Shown in pieces: positions 28,252 through 37,822 of a stretch of 64,000 nucleotides of DNA. The position numbers and the translations under genes are program-made. Location of the stretch: contig CAYGWB010000002.1 of NCBI GenBank assembly GCA_964353775.1, positions 69,185 through 133,184 on the forward strand, in the 5' to 3' direction. The stretch is from an uncultured archaeon. Its GTDB lineage: Archaea > Aenigmatarchaeota > Aenigmatarchaeia > Aenigmatarchaeales > JAHLMS01. Every line of letters starts with the position of its first letter. Within the stretch, counting starts at the first letter, position 1. Below the pieces are notes generated by a model. It was not told the DNA's origin, ran no database searches, and saw only the letters and a program-made list of their open reading frames with translations.

Positions 28252-28977
28252 ATGATAGACCAACAGGCGCTGGCGCGCGAGACGCTCGCCAAGCGGATCG
28301 CGGGTGAGATCGTTCTGGGTGATGATGCCGGCAAAGTGATCCAGAAGTGGAGAAACATCTTCAAGATACCGCAGCGGCGTTTGGCCGACGAGATGGGCGT
28401 AATGCCTTCGGTGATAAGCGACTATGAGAACGGCAGGCGCAAGAGCCCTGGAATAAAGGTCGTAAAGAAGATGGTTTCTGCGATGCTGAGCATGGACGAA
28501 AAGATCGGCGGAAAGGTGATAAAGGAGTTCAGCGAGTGGCCGAGCAAATTCGGCCTGTCGGAGGCCGTGCTGGACCTGAAGGAATTTTCCACACCTGTTA
28601 CTGTTAGGGACTTCTGCAAGGCCATGGACGCTGCCGTGGTCGCCAGAGAGGACCTGGCGGATAACAAACTGCACGGATACACAGTCATAGACAGCATGAA
28701 GGCGATAACCGGCATTCCGCCACTAGAGCTGGTCAAGCTGTACGGGCTGACGACAGAAAGGGCGTTAATATTTACAGGCGCACATAGCGGAAAATCCTCG
28801 ATGGTGGCAATAAAGGTGACAAACCTCAGGCCGGGCCTGGTTATACTGCACGGTGCGGAAGGGGTGGACGATTTGGCTAAAAGAATAGCGGAAATAGAAG
28901 AAATACCGCTGGCTGTCACAAGGATCAGGAACGTCGAGGACATTCTGAACGCATTAAAGAAGAGTTTCAGCGGCTAG
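28252..28977 (+). CDS. HTH (XRE-like) transcriptional regulator with C-terminal domain
   Basis: The RRLADEMGVMPSVISDYENGRR segment is a helix-turn-helix of the XRE type. Confidence 0.6.
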   Translation: MIDQQALARETLAKRIAGEIVLGDDAGKVIQKWRNIFKIPQRRLADEMGVMPSVISDYENGRRKSPGIKVVKKMVSAMLSMDEKIGGKVIKEFSEWPSKFGLSEAVLDLKEFSTPVTVRDFCKAMDAAVVAREDLADNKLHGYTVIDSMKAITGIPPLELVKLYGLTTERALIFTGAHSGKSSMVAIKVTNLRPGLVILHGAEGVDDLAKRIAEIEEIPLAVTRIRNVEDILNALKKSFSG

Positions 28978-29038
28978 CCTCCCCATCACTTCTTATAGAA
29001 CATCACTACAACAGAAAAAATACAGTTATTATTATTAT

Positions 29039-29055
29039 TTATAACATTGTTATAA
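29039..29055. repeat. 17-bp palindrome TTATAACA-T-TGTTATAA (copy 3)
   Basis: Perfect dyad in the AT-rich region upstream of orc1/cdc6. Confidence 0.7.
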
Positions 29056-29135
29056 GAAGTAAAGGTATGTTTGCTTTATTTTTCTAAAAATGTTTGCATT
29101 AGAAACATGCGGGTGTCTGCTTCCGATGGAGGGTA

Positions 29136-29152
29136 TTATAACAGTGTTATAA
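29136..29152. repeat. 17-bp palindrome TTATAACA-G-TGTTATAA (copy 4)
   Basis: Perfect dyad, 97 bp centre-to-centre from copy 3, flanking a very AT-rich stretch. Confidence 0.7.
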
Positions 29153-29232
29153 AGGTCATTTTTTCAAAAATGAAGGGTAAAATGAAGGTTTCTAAGGGAT
29201 GTTAACTTTCCACAGGAAGTCATGGGGTTAAC

Positions 29233-29258
29233 GTGAAGATAGAAATATATATCTTCAC
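29233..29258. promoter_or_regulatory. Inverted repeat GTGAAGAT-N10-ATCTTCAC about 40 bp upstream of cdc6
   Basis: Its half-site CGTGAAGAT is identical to units of the 9.6-10.0 kb array. The centre is AGAAATATAT. Confidence 0.5.
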
Positions 29259-29298
29259 GATAGTAAGATGGCTATTCGAAAGGAAACAGAGGTAGCAA

Positions 29299-30501
29299 GT
29301 GACGTACATGACACAAAAACTACAGGAAATATTCACACAGTTCATGGAGAACAAGCCGATTTTCACCAACCGTTCTGCCCTTACAATAGCCTTTACGCCG
29401 GAGACGATACCGCACAGGGAGAAGCAGATAGCCGATCTTGGCAGGATACTGGCGCCGGTCCTCAGGGGAGGCAGGCCGTCCAACATTTTCATCTATGGAC
29501 GGACCGGCACGGGCAAATCGCTTGTCGCCAGGTTCGTCGGTTCCGAGCTCTGCAAGGCGGCAAACGGACAGAACGTAAAACTGGTCTATATTAATTGCAA
29601 GATGAAGAAGGCGGCTGACACCGAATACAGGCTGCTGGCCGGTCTGCTCAAGGAGCTTGGCAGGAGCGTCCCTTTCACCGGTCTTCCTACAGACCAGCTC
29701 TATCACACGCTTTTTGAGGTGCTCGATGCAAAGGAGCAGACCGTGATTCTGATCATAGATGAGATTGATGCGCTGGTCGCCAAGACTGGGGACGAGATAC
29801 TCTATAACCTGACAAGGGCGAACGGCGAGCTGAAGAAGGCAAAGCTGGCCATGATAGGAATAACGAACGACCTCGGGTTTGTGGAAAGGCTCGACCCAAG
29901 GGTAAAATCCAGCCTTTCGGAAGAGGAGATGATATTCCCGCCTTACAATGCCGTTCAGTTGCAGGACATACTCAAGCAGAGGGCCGTGATGGCCTTTGCG
30001 CCCGGCGTGCTCGGTGACGGCGTCATCGAGAAGGCGGCCGCGTTGGCTGCGCAGGAGCATGGCGACGCCAGACGGGCACTGGACCTGCTAAGGGTATCCG
30101 GCGAGCTGGCCGAGCGGGTCGCAGAAGCTTCTGTCACTGTCGTACAGGTGGATGTCGCCCAGGACAAGATCGACCAGGACCGCGTGCTGGAGATAGTAAA
30201 GTCGCAACCAAGGCAGAGCCAGGCCGTTCTCTGGGCTGTGCTGCAATCATCCGAGAACACTCGAAATATCGAGAGCGGTGCGGTCTTCGACCTGTACAAC
30301 AATATATGCAATAATCATGGGCTGAAGCCTTTGACACAGAGGCGTGTCAGCGACCTGGTCGCTGAGCTGGATATGTTCGGAATCATATCAGCGAAGGTCA
30401 TTTCAAGGGGCAGAGGAGGCAGAACAAGGATTATAAACATTAATTTGTCAGATTTCACGCTTAAAAAGCTCAAAAGCACTATGCTTGAGATATTTCTATG
30501 A
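29299..30501 (+). CDS. cdc6: Orc1/Cdc6 replication initiator
   Basis: Walker A GRTGTGKS, Walker B ILIIDEIDAL, sensor TND, and a C-terminal winged helix. GTG at 29299, with a possible ATG start at 29308. Confidence 0.92.
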   Translation: MTYMTQKLQEIFTQFMENKPIFTNRSALTIAFTPETIPHREKQIADLGRILAPVLRGGRPSNIFIYGRTGTGKSLVARFVGSELCKAANGQNVKLVYINCKMKKAADTEYRLLAGLLKELGRSVPFTGLPTDQLYHTLFEVLDAKEQTVILIIDEIDALVAKTGDEILYNLTRANGELKKAKLAMIGITNDLGFVERLDPRVKSSLSEEEMIFPPYNAVQLQDILKQRAVMAFAPGVLGDGVIEKAAALAAQEHGDARRALDLLRVSGELAERVAEASVTVVQVDVAQDKIDQDRVLEIVKSQPRQSQAVLWAVLQSSENTRNIESGAVFDLYNNICNNHGLKPLTQRRVSDLVAELDMFGIISAKVISRGRGGRTRIININLSDFTLKKLKSTMLEIFL

Positions 30502-30515
30502 TTAATGGGTGATAA

Positions 30516-31499
30516 CATATCAACCAAAGGATACAACAATTAGTCGCTTCAGGACTGATTATAGAGGAAAATGCGGTTAAAAAGCTGTCTAATTTAGATG
30601 AAACCTTATTAAACAAGGTATTAGATAAAATAAAAACAGATAAGGTTAGTGTTTTAACAGAATCGTTCCTTTTCAATCTTTTGTACCCGCCAGTTAGAGT
30701 CATAAGACAATATGAAAATAAAAGCATAAACAACATACAAGAATGGACAAACACGCTCAATTTTAAATATAACGCATTACAAAGCATACTAATTGAAAAA
30801 AGTGACATAAAGAACACTATTTCAATCAAAAACTTAAGCTCAGAATACTCTACCATAATAGGCTTAGTAAAACAGGTTAAGGAAGGTCCAGAAAGAGTTA
30901 TAATAGATATGGAGGATATGACTGCCCATGTTTCTGTTTCTATGTCAAAAAGCGCCTTTAATGGTAAAATAATGGCAGATGATGTCGTAGCTGTTACGGG
31001 AAGGCTTGTTGGAAACATATTCGAGGCCGATACTCTGGTCTGGCCGGACATTCCTCTGAGAACAGCCACCAAGGGCTACGGGAAGATAGCACTGCTTGCG
31101 AATTGCCAAATAGACGATAAAATCGCCCAGAGCATACAAACGGCAGATTATGTGCTCGCTCATAATTGCACCGGGTGGGAGCCTGTTGCGGCAAAGGGCG
31201 GTGCGCAATGGGTAGTCACGGACGCGAACGCTTCCGGCGATCCGAACATGGTCAGCACCAAGATGCCATGTCTGCTAGAGGTAGACGGGCTCGTCGTACT
31301 AGTCTACTTCGGTCCTGAACAGGCGGCCGACATACTTCGCAGACGATATATTGTCGTCAATGGTTCCGACTTCCTGATAGACACCGTTCCGGACCTGGTA
31401 TTCACATCAACGAACGATGCCTACAATTACAAAGGCATTACGATAGTCGGAAAAGGAACGGTCGATGCGGCCACATGTGATGTCAAACCGTTCGATTAA
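30516..31499 (+). CDS. uncharacterised protein between cdc6 and polB (OB-fold-like segment plus C-terminal domain), start unresolved
   Basis: An open frame begins 14 nt after the cdc6 stop but holds no ATG, GTG or TTG before the TTG at 30681. The N-terminus is AT-rich and the remainder is GC-normal. Ends 50 bp before polB. Confidence 0.5.
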   Translation, partial: HINQRIQQLVASGLIIEENAVKKLSNLDETLLNKVLDKIKTDKVSVLTESFLFNLLYPPVRVIRQYENKSINNIQEWTNTLNFKYNALQSILIEKSDIKNTISIKNLSSEYSTIIGLVKQVKEGPERVIIDMEDMTAHVSVSMSKSAFNGKIMADDVVAVTGRLVGNIFEADTLVWPDIPLRTATKGYGKIALLANCQIDDKIAQSIQTADYVLAHNCTGWEPVAAKGGAQWVVTDANASGDPNMVSTKMPCLLEVDGLVVLVYFGPEQAADILRRRYIVVNGSDFLIDTVPDLVFTSTNDAYNYKGITIVGKGTVDAATCDVKPFD

Positions 31500-31548
31500 A
31501 CACAGAAAACGTTAAATGCTTACTTGACGAAGGAATGATGCTGATAAA

Positions 31549-34221
31549 ATGCAACTCCAACTTCTCGATTCGGACTACGTGCTCGTGAACGGCAGGCCGA
31601 TCGTCCGCCTGTTCGGAAAGACGGAATCGGGCGAGTCCGCATGCGCGATGGTCGAAGGCTACCAGCCTTATTTCTATCTGCATCCCAATCCGGAACTTGA
31701 TATCAAGGACGTGCAGTACGAGCTCGAGAAGAGCGGCATGATATACGAGGTAGTCGAACGCTTCCTGCCGATCGGCTGGTCGCCGAAACCGGCACAGGTT
31801 CTCAAAATCACCGGTCGCGACCCGTCGAAGATACCGGAGATGCGGGCGTGGGTTAGCAAGTTCGGCACGCCGTACGAGGCCGATGTGCTTTTCAAGTATC
31901 GTTACATGGTGGACAACGGACTGCGCGGCATGTCTTGGTTCGATGTTTCAGGAAAGATTGTGCAGACGAACACGGTGAAGTGCAAGACGATACGCGCCGA
32001 TGAGATACGGCCGATCGAGCTCCTGAACAACGCGCCGCTGAGATACATGGCGCTGGACATCGAGTGCGCGCCGACGCATGGCGGTCTTCCTGATCCGGAG
32101 GACGAGCCGATAATAATGATAGGCCTGTCGTTCTGGCCCGCTTGGAAAAACAAGACGTCGGTTGTTATTTTGTCAAAGAAGTCGAACCTTGCAGACAGCA
32201 TCGGCTGCCAGAACGAAGAGGAGATGATGCGAAAGTTCAAGGACATAATCGACGACTACGATCCGGACGTCATCACCGGCTACAACATCACGAACTTCGA
32301 TATGCCATACATACTGAAACGATTGGAGATGCTGAACCTTCCGAGGGACCTCGGGCGTTCGGACAAGTCCGCTTGGGCGCGCAAGCTCGCGCTAACGCAT
32401 GCGATAACGGTCACAGGCAGGGTGGTCGTCGATCCGTACGACATAATCAAGCGCGACCCGTGGGTCAAACTGAAACGATACGACCTGCGCACGGTCGCCA
32501 AAAACCTGCTGAACACGGAAAAGCACGACATGTCAGGCTCGGCCGAGATAACGAGATTGTGGAAGGGCAGCCCGGAAGACCTGAAACGGCTGGTCGACTA
32601 CAACCGCAAGGACTCCGAGCTCGCGATGCGGTTGGTGATCGAAAGAGGAATGCTGGACAAGTTCTTCGAGATAGCGAAGATTTCCGGCCTTGTGCTGCAG
32701 GACGCGCTCGGCGGCCAGTCCGCAAGGCACGAGTTCAAGCTGCTGCAGGAATTCAGGAAAAGAAAGTTCATCATGCCGTGCAAGCCTGAAGGCAACGAGA
32801 TAATAAAACGCAAGGAGGAACGTGAGGCGTCCGGGCTGAAAGGCGCTTTGGTCCTCGAGCCGGAGACAGGCCTGCATTCGGCCGGCTGCACGATAGTGCT
32901 GGACTTCACTTCACTATATCCGTCGATCATCAAGACGTTCAACGTCTGCCCGACGACCTGGATAAAGGAAGGAACGGAGAACCCGCCAGAACATCTGACT
33001 TCCCCATTCAACACACGTTTCGTACTTCCGTCTGTCCGCGAGGGCGTGCTGCCTTCGATAGTTCATGAACTGATAAGCACGCGCTCGGTAGTCCGCAAGC
33101 AGGCCAGGACAGAACCCGATATAGAAAAGAAAAGAATACTGAACGCGAAGCAGCTGGCGCTCAAGGACATGGCCAACTCGCTGTACGGCTACACGGGCTT
33201 CGCGCACGGCCGGATATATGTGATGGACATCGCGAACACGATAACGGCGTACGGCAGGGACATAATCACGACAGCGAGAAAGACCATAGAGGAGAACTTC
33301 CCTTACAAGGTCATCTATGCGGACACCGACTCAACGTTCATCAAGACGGACATCAAGGACCTGGAAGAAGCGCAGGCGATGGGCGAAAGGATTTCCAAGT
33401 TCGTCACAGAACGCCTGCCCGGGCTTGAGCTGAAGTTCGAAAAACTTTTCAAGACGTTCCTGATAGAGACGAAGAAAAGATATGCCGCACTTTCCATGGA
33501 GAAGGACAAGGACGGGAACTGGACGAGCAAGATGGAGATGAAAGGAATAGAGACCGTTCGCAGGGACTGGTGCACGCTGACAACGGAAACGATGAACCAC
33601 GTCCTGCAGGTTATCCTGAAAGAGGGCGACATAAAGAAGGCTTCGAAGTACGTCCGCGAGATCATAGCCGACCTGGCCGCAGGAAAGGTCCCGATAGAGA
33701 AGCTGACAGTGGTCAAAGGAATAACGAAAGAAATAGACGCATACGACGGCATACAGCCGCACGTCGAGCTCGCCAAGAAGATCATCGCGCGCGACGCATC
33801 GAAGCGCAACATGGTCGGCGAACGGCTGGAGTACGTGATAATCAAAGGGAACGCTATGCTCTCCAAACGTGCGGAGGACCCGCAGTTCGTGAAGGACAAC
33901 GGCCTGGAGATAGATTCGCACTACTACATCGATAACCAGATACTGCCGCCGCTGGAGAGGATATTCGAGGCCTGCGGCGTCACGAAGACCGAACTCATAC
34001 ACGGAACGAAGCAGATGTCGCTGCTGGCTGCGTTGAACGGGCAGAAGCCCGTGCTCGCGCCCGAGAAGACCGTGCTTAAAAACTATGAGGCGATCGTCTG
34101 CAGGAAATGCGACTGGACCTTCAGGCGCCCGACGCTGACAGGAATGTGCCCCTCATGCAGCGGCCAACTGTTCTTCTCGTCCGGCGGCTCGATCGGAAAG
34201 TTCATCGGCGCAGAATCTTAG
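31549..34221 (+). CDS. polB: DNA polymerase, family B
   Basis: Exo I LDIECA, SLYPSII, K-x3-NSxYG, polymerase motif C YADTDS, and C-terminal cysteine zinc fingers. Confidence 0.95.
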   Translation: MQLQLLDSDYVLVNGRPIVRLFGKTESGESACAMVEGYQPYFYLHPNPELDIKDVQYELEKSGMIYEVVERFLPIGWSPKPAQVLKITGRDPSKIPEMRAWVSKFGTPYEADVLFKYRYMVDNGLRGMSWFDVSGKIVQTNTVKCKTIRADEIRPIELLNNAPLRYMALDIECAPTHGGLPDPEDEPIIMIGLSFWPAWKNKTSVVILSKKSNLADSIGCQNEEEMMRKFKDIIDDYDPDVITGYNITNFDMPYILKRLEMLNLPRDLGRSDKSAWARKLALTHAITVTGRVVVDPYDIIKRDPWVKLKRYDLRTVAKNLLNTEKHDMSGSAEITRLWKGSPEDLKRLVDYNRKDSELAMRLVIERGMLDKFFEIAKISGLVLQDALGGQSARHEFKLLQEFRKRKFIMPCKPEGNEIIKRKEEREASGLKGALVLEPETGLHSAGCTIVLDFTSLYPSIIKTFNVCPTTWIKEGTENPPEHLTSPFNTRFVLPSVREGVLPSIVHELISTRSVVRKQARTEPDIEKKRILNAKQLALKDMANSLYGYTGFAHGRIYVMDIANTITAYGRDIITTARKTIEENFPYKVIYADTDSTFIKTDIKDLEEAQAMGERISKFVTERLPGLELKFEKLFKTFLIETKKRYAALSMEKDKDGNWTSKMEMKGIETVRRDWCTLTTETMNHVLQVILKEGDIKKASKYVREIIADLAAGKVPIEKLTVVKGITKEIDAYDGIQPHVELAKKIIARDASKRNMVGERLEYVIIKGNAMLSKRAEDPQFVKDNGLEIDSHYYIDNQILPPLERIFEACGVTKTELIHGTKQMSLLAALNGQKPVLAPEKTVLKNYEAIVCRKCDWTFRRPTLTGMCPSCSGQLFFSSGGSIGKFIGAES

Positions 34222-35111
34222 GAAAAGAAGCCGAGAAAGATGCTCGCGCCCAATGCGATGGCCGCGCCCAGATATTGATGCGCCCCTATCTTCTCATGAT
34301 TTATCATCAGCCCCAGGAATATCGCTATCACCGGATAGCTCTCGGTTATCGCAATCGTTATCGACAGCTCTTCACCGAACACTGCTAGCGAGAAGCACAG
34401 CCATGCAAGCGTGTCGAATATTCCCATCGCCAGAATCATGTACTTGAACTTTGACACGTTGCTTGCGAGCTTTTTGACGCCCTCACGTTTGCCTATGAAG
34501 GCCAGCGATATCATCGCACAGACTACCCAAGGAACCCATATTGCCATCAACGGAGATATATTTTTTGAGGAGAACGCGGTCAGGAAATTGACGAAAGACA
34601 TCCCGACAGCCGCAACTATCGCTATTAGCACGCCCTTTTCAAATTTGCTGAACATGTGCTTCAGTGAGTGCGGCCTCAGAGATATCAGAATTATTCCTAG
34701 GAACGCGACAAATATAGCGATTACTTGCTGCGCCGTTAAAATTTCACCGAAAAACAACAGGCCCAAGACGACGGTAATCGGCAGTTCGATCTCAAGAACC
34801 ACGTCGACTACGCACAGCTTTCCGCGTTTCAACGCCTCGAAATCGGCCATTGCGACAAAAAATGTGATTGTGCCTAGCGCCAACAGGATAAAAAGATTTA
34901 TCGGCGAGGAAAGCAACGACAGGCTGCTCATTACGAAAGGGAAGAGCCCGATCGTCCCGATAATTCCGATCATGGCAAGCGATTCGACATCTCCTATCTT
35001 CCTGGTAGTTCGTTGGATGAAGAAGTCACCGAAACCCCAGCAGAGCATCGCGCCGAAGGCCGCGAGCATAGCAAACTCGAACGTCATGAGAATTTCAAAG
35101 AACGGGAACAT
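34218..35111 (-). CDS. EamA/DMT family transporter
   Basis: About 10 transmembrane helices as two EamA-like halves. Confidence 0.8.
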   Translation of the reverse strand: MFPFFEILMTFEFAMLAAFGAMLCWGFGDFFIQRTTRKIGDVESLAMIGIIGTIGLFPFVMSSLSLLSSPINLFILLALGTITFFVAMADFEALKRGKLCVVDVVLEIELPITVVLGLLFFGEILTAQQVIAIFVAFLGIILISLRPHSLKHMFSKFEKGVLIAIVAAVGMSFVNFLTAFSSKNISPLMAIWVPWVVCAMISLAFIGKREGVKKLASNVSKFKYMILAMGIFDTLAWLCFSLAVFGEELSITIAITESYPVIAIFLGLMINHEKIGAHQYLGAAIALGASIFLGFFS

Positions 35112-35172
35112 ATAAACCTTTATTGAACGCGAAGAATTTCTGGTATAAATACTTTTTCATCGCAGTCTAACC

Positions 35173-36537
35173 ATGCAAAAGAACGTTCTCATGTCCGCAT
35201 ACGTTCCAGAGCTCGAGTTCGTACTAGGAATGAAATACGAGCCGGGCAAGGTGCGCGAGAACTATTCGGCTGGCGACAAGCGCATCATGATAACAACAGA
35301 CCGTATTTCTGCTTTTGATGTCGTGATGCGACAGGGCATACCAAGCAAGGGTGCGGCGCTTAACGGCATATCGCTCTACTGGTTCAATAACACGAAGGAC
35401 ATCGTTCAGAACCACATCAACGACGTAATAGACCCGGTGGTATGGTCCGTGAAGCAGTGCGATCCGCTTCCGATTGAGGTCATAGTGCGCGGATATTTGG
35501 CCGGCAGCATGGCGGCCGATTATGAGAAGGGAAAGCGGGAAAAGTCCGGGGTGAAACTGCCGGACGGGCTCGTACGCAACCAGAAGCTCGACGAACCGAT
35601 TATCACGCCGACAACAAAGGCCGCTCTAGGGCAGCACGATATGGACATATCGCGCGAATACATAATTGATAAGGGACTTGTTACGGCCGAAACATACAAA
35701 CAGATAGAGGAAGTGGCGCTTCGTCTTTTCAGCCGCGGTAAAAACATCACCGATGGCCAGAAACTGATAATTGTCGATACCAAATACGAGTTCGGACTGA
35801 AAGACGGCGAACTGGTGCTCACAGACGAGATACACACGCCGGACTCTTCGCGCTATTGGGAGCATGCCGAATACGACAAGGCGATGGAAGAGGGCCGCGA
35901 TCCGAAGCAGCTCTCGAAAGAGTTCTTGCGCGATGAGCTGCGCGCGATGGGCTTCAGCGGCCAGAATCAGCATCCGCCAGACCTTCCAGACGAGCTCGTC
36001 AAAAATATATCGGAACGTTACACGGAACTTTACACGCGCGTTACTGGCCTGAAACTTGAGAAAGAAACCGTCAATGCCGGCCAGCGCGTGATCAACGCGC
36101 TCCGTGAACACGGTTACATCAAGGGCAGTTTCGTGTCGATAATCGCCGGTAGCGAAAAGGACAGCGACCACTACAATAAAATAACGGAGCGCCTGCCGAA
36201 AACAAGGGCGGCGCACGTGTTCCACTATTCCGCTCATAAGGACGCCGAACAACTGCTGCCGCTGCTCAAGAAGCTGGAGAACTCGCTTGAGCCGCTTGCC
36301 ATAATCACCGTTGCCGGCAGGAGCAATGCGTTGGGCGGTTTTGTCGCGGGCAACATGAAGAACAAGCGACCTGTTATAAACTGCCCGGCATTTGCGGATA
36401 TGACAGCTTATTCAGTGGACATACACTCCAGTATGCGGATGCCCAGCAATGTTCCAGTTGCGACCGTAGTTGACCCGGCCAATGCGGCCTATTACGCCGA
36501 CGTCTTACTTTCTGAGGTCGAACGGCTGACGGCATAG
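35173..36537 (+). CDS. purC-purE: bifunctional SAICAR synthetase (PurC) - AIR carboxylase/mutase (PurE) fusion
   Basis: N-terminal GKVRENY and TDRISAFD (PurC); C-terminal VSIIAGSEKDSDH, SAHKDA and a glycine-rich PurE loop. Confidence 0.85.
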   Translation: MQKNVLMSAYVPELEFVLGMKYEPGKVRENYSAGDKRIMITTDRISAFDVVMRQGIPSKGAALNGISLYWFNNTKDIVQNHINDVIDPVVWSVKQCDPLPIEVIVRGYLAGSMAADYEKGKREKSGVKLPDGLVRNQKLDEPIITPTTKAALGQHDMDISREYIIDKGLVTAETYKQIEEVALRLFSRGKNITDGQKLIIVDTKYEFGLKDGELVLTDEIHTPDSSRYWEHAEYDKAMEEGRDPKQLSKEFLRDELRAMGFSGQNQHPPDLPDELVKNISERYTELYTRVTGLKLEKETVNAGQRVINALREHGYIKGSFVSIIAGSEKDSDHYNKITERLPKTRAAHVFHYSAHKDAEQLLPLLKKLENSLEPLAIITVAGRSNALGGFVAGNMKNKRPVINCPAFADMTAYSVDIHSSMRMPSNVPVATVVDPANAAYYADVLLSEVERLTA

Positions 36538-36539
36538 TT

Positions 36540-37736
36540 CTACGCAATACTGAAAAAGAAAATAACCGTCGGTACGATCAGACAACCCATTGCCCAGCTT
36601 CTGCGCACGCCGAGTTTTGTGGTCAGCAGGCCGATTGCTGTTGAGACGGCTAGTATGCAGAGCCCGGCAACGCCGGACAAGAGCGCTACGACCGACACTA
36701 TCCCGAACAGCACCCATGTGCACAATTTCTGATAATCTATGCGTCGCAACCATCGCAACGTCAGGTGCGCGAGCCGCAAAGTCAGAAAAGCGCCCACGCC
36801 AGCAGCGGCCAGACCTACAATGCAGAAAATCAATATCTCAGTCGGTCCGACCTTCATCAGTTGTCCGACAGCCACGGCTATGCCAGAACGCGGGTTGCCT
36901 ATCAGCCAGAGCGCGAACAGCGAGTAGATGACGTCGGCGGCGGAGATGCCGCCGAGCGCCACGAGGAATCGGCAGCCTCCATCGTCCGTGTCCTTGCCTT
37001 GAACGAGCATCGCTGCCTGCGAGGAGCCGATGCCGGGCAAGAGACCTGCCAGCAGGCCGGCCACTACCCCGGTAAAAATTCCCGGCAGATGTTTCGAGAG
37101 CTTCTCGCCGCCGGTCTCGCCGACAGTTTCTGGCAAGTGCGGTTTTTCTGAGAGGGCCACGATCAACGTAGGCACGCCGAAGAGACCGGAAAGCAGAGGT
37201 AGCAGTCCGTCCTGAATGACGAAATAGTCAAGCGCGGCGTAGCCAAGGATGCCAGCTAGAGCGAACACCAGCATCGCATACGCCATCTTCTTCGCGCCAT
37301 GTTCGCAGAACAGCAGATAGGACACGGTGGCTATCAGCAGCCAGTGCGTGTTCGGCCGGATGAAACTGTAGACGGGCGGTATGATCAGCCAGACCAGCGG
37401 CAGAACGGCTATGCCGAGAATTATTGTGCCCAGCCCGCCGAACACCGTGAGCCGTATGGCCTCCAGTCCGCGGCCCTGCATCAGCATGCGATGGCCAGGC
37501 AGGACGCCCATCGCTTCGGCGTCGTCCGGCGCGCCCAGGAATATGGACGGAATGAAAGCGATGAAGCTGTTCACGATGCCTGCGGTGATCAGAACTATCG
37601 AGGCGGCCAACGGTTGGAAGAAACTTGAAAGCGCCAGCACGAGCGGTATCGTGTTGTTCGGGTGTATGCCCGGTAGCAGTCCGGCGGCCACGCCTATTAC
37701 GACGCCAAGGACGAAACAGATAAAAAATTCGATCAT
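36540..37736 (-). CDS. TctA-family (DUF112) tripartite tricarboxylate-type membrane transporter
   Basis: 398 aa with repeated GLLPGI motifs and many transmembrane helices. Confidence 0.75.
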   Translation of the reverse strand: MIEFFICFVLGVVIGVAAGLLPGIHPNNTIPLVLALSSFFQPLAASIVLITAGIVNSFIAFIPSIFLGAPDDAEAMGVLPGHRMLMQGRGLEAIRLTVFGGLGTIILGIAVLPLVWLIIPPVYSFIRPNTHWLLIATVSYLLFCEHGAKKMAYAMLVFALAGILGYAALDYFVIQDGLLPLLSGLFGVPTLIVALSEKPHLPETVGETGGEKLSKHLPGIFTGVVAGLLAGLLPGIGSSQAAMLVQGKDTDDGGCRFLVALGGISAADVIYSLFALWLIGNPRSGIAVAVGQLMKVGPTEILIFCIVGLAAAGVGAFLTLRLAHLTLRWLRRIDYQKLCTWVLFGIVSVVALLSGVAGLCILAVSTAIGLLTTKLGVRRSWAMGCLIVPTVIFFFSIA

Positions 37737-37822
37737 AATCTCTGAGCGGGTGCAATCGGCTTATACGCTCTTCACCACGACTAGTAGTGAACTTTTTAAC
37801 CTTCACCGGACCATCAGAATGT

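Noticed and set aside
30479-31072. 197-aa minus-strand ORF overlapping the cdc6-polB intergenic gene
   Set aside because: Ser/Leu-rich low-complexity antisense translation.
33315-34002. ORFs antisense to polB
   Set aside because: Embedded in the polymerase gene with non-protein-like composition.
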